This document shows, piece by piece, positions 8,769 through 12,586 of a stretch of DNA of 12,586 bases (positions are counted from its first letter, which is position 1; every line of letters begins with the position of its first letter). Position numbers and translations under genes: made by a program. The stretch is from Paraspadella gotoi (lineage: Eukaryota; Animalia; Chaetognatha): contig JBJCIZ010000664.1 in the NCBI GenBank assembly GCA_051294375.1, positions 1 through 12,586 on the forward strand, given 5' to 3'. Below the pieces are notes generated by a model, which did not search any database, was not told where the DNA came from, and saw only the letters and a program-made list of their open reading frames with translations.

Positions 8769-11697
8769 GGATGATCTTTTTGCTGCAGCAGTGGAGTCTG
8801 GGATTCCAGATCCAGACTTGGATTTCTTGGCTTCCTTCTCCACCAGCTGCTTCCCTGACTGCTGCTGCTGCTGCTTCGGTTTTNNNNNNNNNNGTTTCTG
8901 AGGTTCCTTGGCCGCTGCAGTTGGAGTTGCTGCAGATGCTGAAGGTTGCTTGGCCTTAGGATCCGCAGTTGCCTGGACGACGTGAACTTTAGCAGTAGAG
9001 GCAGTCTTGTCCTTTTGGCCGCTTGAGCCAGCTGTACCCTTTGAGAAAAAGGGTGACTCCATCTCCAAAACACGATCCTGAAGAAAAGAGACAAAAGCAG
9101 CAAAGCCAGCAGGCCTATTTTGTCTTACAGTCATCTTATGATGATACTTTCTCCAAGAATCCCTGATGAAGGGGACGCGGCGCTCTATGATCCTCCTCAG
9201 AACGTCAATAGAATCAAATTCTTTAAAATCACCATTGATTTCAGCGATTCTAGACATCCTTTGGAGTTCCCAACAGAGCTCGCGTAGACCATCATGGTCA
9301 GAAGCTTTCACCTCACCTTCTTCAAGAACTCTTCCAGTTTATCAAGAGCAGTACACTTTTGATAACCCAATGCTCTCTTAACCTTGCCTTAGCAAGTTCC
9401 AGTGCTTGATCACCATAGCACACATTTTTAAATTCCTGAATGGCCTGATTAGCAGCACCTTTGGTCCATTCTAAAGAGTTCAAAAAACTTGTTCATGCCG
9501 CTGACATACCCACTACACTCTCAACATGTGTAATGCAAACTCCATCAGGAATGGCTCACACCCAGCGGGAATTCCCTGCCATTTCTCACCCTGAGATGGG
9601 ACGTTTCCGTTGAAGAGTGTTGCTGCCAACCATGTGCAGCAAGGCATAATCTTGATGGGTCATGATGGGTTGCTGAAGAACCGCAGGATGGGAACTGCTC
9701 CACTGACCACAGGCGCCCGCCGACACTGGAACCAAAGGGAGGGGATTAATAATAGGTTCCTAGGAGCCCAACCCCTGCCAAAGGGTTCAGAGTAGCAACA
9801 CCTGACCTTTGTTGTTTTTCAGAGTTGTCAGTCTTGGGTTGGATTCTTCCCTGCTCCAGTAGGAGAGACACCGGCTTCCGATGTTGGCTCCATGATCACC
9901 ACTGAAGCAGATGGGTCAACCTGATGTTGCCGTGATGACCAGCATCCTCTGCATCTCCATTGTCGGTCACGGACGAGTGCTTGATCTCCAGTCCGCGACA
10001 CGTTCATCTGAAGGTTGGGGAGGGTCTGCAAGGAGGGGAAGATTCCATCATTATCAATAGCTTCAATCATTCCCAATCTAGCTCTCGTCTCAGCCAAGGC
10101 TTTCTTTTCTGCCAAATCTTCCAATTCTAATTCCAATTCCATTTCTTTTGTTCAGCTTCCATTTTCTCTCTTTTCTTTAATCTCATCTCTCTCTCTACTG
10201 CTGCCCCAGCTTCTAAAGCTGCCAGCTCTACCTTTAAAGATTTGACAGAACGAGAGCTTCTACTTGATCCATAGAAGAACCAGACTTGACCGAGCCTCCA
10301 TCCCTCCCACCCCTAGACCTTTTGCTAGTATGGGTTGATCGCCCTTTAGTGGCCACGTAAGCAAGCTTGTGCCTGCCCCAGCGGCTCCACGTGGGGGTAA
10401 ATCCTAACTCTGGAACAACCTCTCCCAACTCAATCTGCAGCTGCCCTTCATCATCCTGTCCAGGTCAGTTGACTATCACTTTTGTCTAACTGCATCTTGA
10501 GTGGGAGGGACATCCAAATCACCACTAGCAGGTTAGGGAAGAAGGACTTAGGAGGTGGGCCATAGTTTGGGACTTCTAGGCAATCCTCTGATTGTATCAA
10601 GCTTTCCCATTGCATTCAGTGTAGCCTTGCCCATTACTTATCACGGTTTGCACTTAAACTCGTTCAGAACTCATGTTGTCACACACTTGTCCTGTCGAGC
10701 AGCAGTCACCAGAGCGGTCACAACCCGGCTCCGAGGGCTAGGAAGTGTTTGACTTCATTCTCCACCTGACTCAGTTCCCAGCCAGCCGCCTGATGGTGGC
10801 GACCTCTCAGCTCCCTCGTCAGAGCTGAAGTCGCGACCGGCGAAAAGAATGTCGAAGACCATGAGGATCTTGACATGGCGAATGGAAAAAAACAAGGGAA
10901 GGACAATCAATTTTATCGATTTATAATTTCATTATATATTTTATAATCTTATAAATTCATTAGAAATCAATCTTATCTTTAATGCCAGCGACGTCTCTCC
11001 GCAGTTGTCTGAGATGCAGAACCGCTGGGCCCGCCGCCCACTCCAGCCGTTTGTAGTTGTGCAGCCAACGTCTTGAACGGAATGAGAGGAGGAGGAAGCG
11101 GAGCCAATCATCCGACGATCCTCTTTCTCTCTGGCCTCGAGCTTCGTCGCCGCGGCATCGATGAAACGCGTGAGGGAGAGAGGGGAAAAGTACGTCGTCG
11201 AATATTTTATTTGCTTTGGCGTCAGAGTTCTTTGAGAATTCTTGCAAGAGGGGTTTCATGGGTTCCCGGCATCGAGTTTTAGGCGTTAGCGCAATTTAAT
11301 TTCGAAGGCGACGAGATATTTCCATTTCGTGACAGTCTTATTCACTTTTAAAGGGCGTCTCTGCCACACGACTAAAGATGCTACGACGATTCATGAATTT
11401 GTTAAGCAGGACATAAAGAAGGCAAGAAAGAATTATGAAGGGAACGTTTATCATTTAACCGAAGCGACGTTCCATTTTCTTTGAACAAAGTAATCGAAAA
11501 TGTTTGGTTATGATTGGATAGATCAGAAGAAAGCTTGCTGAAGAGCTGATAGATGATTGACTCCGAATCGAGTAAATTTGATCTGTGTGAGGCTGTATGT
11601 CTCCTTTGGATGCGCTTCTCACTATGGTCTACGTGGACGATTATTCTCTGACGGGATTTTGCTAAACTCTCAGGGTCCTGTGTGCCGCAATTAGGAG

Positions 11698-12125
11698 AAT
11701 CAGGTTGTGGCGAGTTTATTTGTTCACAAAACAATTTGGGCGACGATAACGGAGATAAAATTTTGTTTCATAAAAAACGAGGTTTGTGAAATTAATTCTT
11801 TAATTTCGACGGTTAAAATATATTAAAAACGGTGCGTATAAAATCAATAAAAATAAACACCAACGGCGAGATGTTAAAACGTTTGAACGTTCTTAGAGGC
11901 AACGAACTTTCTCTTCTAAAACATTGCTAAAGTTAAAAATAAGACGGATACCAATGTCCCCTTTTTTCCCCCCTTTCTTCGCGAACTGATATCAGTTGTA
12001 AAACTTTTCCCTTATATTTGGGCCGTCTCGATCGCGATGTCGTCCGCCGGTGAACTCCGCGGACGTTGAACTTTAAATATCCGCGTCGGGAAACGCTCGC
12101 GTCGGCCGCCACGACCGTCAAAACA
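11698..12125 (-). repeat. 5' LTR (at least ~425 bp; inner boundary uncertain)
   Basis: Homologous to 3205-3610 and ends in the same ...CCACGACCGTCAAAACA (TG start in element orientation). Differences are mostly 1-2 bp indels. The match is lost left of ~11698; a possible terminus is TGTGTGCC at 11679. Confidence 0.9.
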
Positions 12126-12586
12126 AATAGTCAACTTTAAGCTTAAACATAAATTACAAATTTCATTTTTAAATGCTTACGACTGTCACGAACATTGGTA
12201 ACTTATCCTCTTAGTTTTTAGGTAGGCACAATCTCTTTTAATATCTTGGTAAGGTACAATCATAAGGGAACTTAAACCAATCAGAGAGCCGACTTTTAAA
12301 ATACTTGGATCATAGATACTTCGTAAGCAACAAAATACGAATTCAATAATAAAAGGGCATCAAACAACCGAGAGACTATCTCGTAACAAATTAAAAACTT
12401 TAACAATCCCCCATCTATCGACAGATATAAAAATTAATTTTTATATGATAGTAGGGTTACTTTAAAATATTATGTAATGCGCGTATCCTTCAAAAATGAT
12501 AAGCTAATATATAAACAATATCCATAAGAGCTATGATTCCATTACAAATTGTCTCTAAACAAGTGTGAAGTACTAAGAATTGGAAA

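Larger units (their letters stand above)
4259..10876 (-). pseudogene. gag-pol: gag-pol polyprotein, multiply frameshifted as assembled (possibly intact in vivo)
   Basis: Chain of minus-strand ORF fragments (9828-10142, 7890-9311, 7319-7936, 6872-7225, 6616-6864, 6018-6218, 5771-6106, 5577-5774, 5395-5580, 4950-5168, 4651-4866, 4259-4501) carrying successive BEL/Pao motifs. Stop TAG at 4259-4261. The start ATG at 10876 is tentative. Confidence 0.88.
3136..12125 (-). mobile_element. BEL/Pao (Belpaoviridae) LTR retrotransposon, near full length (~9.0 kb)
   Basis: Direct terminal repeats, PPT next to the 3' LTR, domain order gag-PR-RT-RH-IN, triple zinc knuckle ending HHTLLH, YVDD, NPADxxSRG, GVDIFGP and FWKRWRxEYL motifs. 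All are characteristic of BEL/Pao. Confidence 0.96.

Noticed and set aside
8859-8873. (CTG)5 microsatellite
   Set aside because: It simply encodes QQQQQ in a disordered Gag linker and is too short to matter.
4518-10752. Plus-strand ORFs antisense to gag-pol
   Set aside because: Short shadows of the minus-strand coding sequence with no recognisable motifs.
11155-11169. GCATCGATGAA resembling a conserved 5.8S rRNA motif
   Set aside because: Only ~11 nt match and the flanks show no rRNA similarity.
11402-11734. 110-aa minus ORF starting inside the 5' LTR
   Set aside because: Non-ATG start and no motif; I cannot distinguish it from a chance ORF.
12126-12586. Right flank, including the palindrome TTTAAGCTTAAA (12136-12147)
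   Set aside because: AT-rich sequence with no ORF or repeat I can support; a 12-bp AT-rich palindrome is expected by chance.

Overview
Eukaryotic (probably invertebrate animal) repetitive DNA; I found no host gene. Most of the window (~3136-12125, minus strand) is a near full-length BEL/Pao LTR retrotransposon. It has two ~0.42-0.47 kb LTRs, a polypurine tract and one gag-pol region in the order gag (three Cys-His knuckles), protease (LDSGS), RT (YVDD), RNase H, DDE integrase. The region is broken by many small indels that look more like long-read or gap-fill errors than old decay. The element abuts an AT-rich ~0.5 kb tandem repeat (733-3135, ~4.7 units) built from ~45-bp sub-repeats. Bases 1-707 are a second, near-identical copy of the RNase H segment ending at a 25-N gap. 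Oddities: no target-site duplication, LTRs that stop matching just past the poly(A) signal, no clear PBS, a satellite-monomer-like segment inside the LTR, and acidic additions in Pol. I cannot support a claim of a new biological system.
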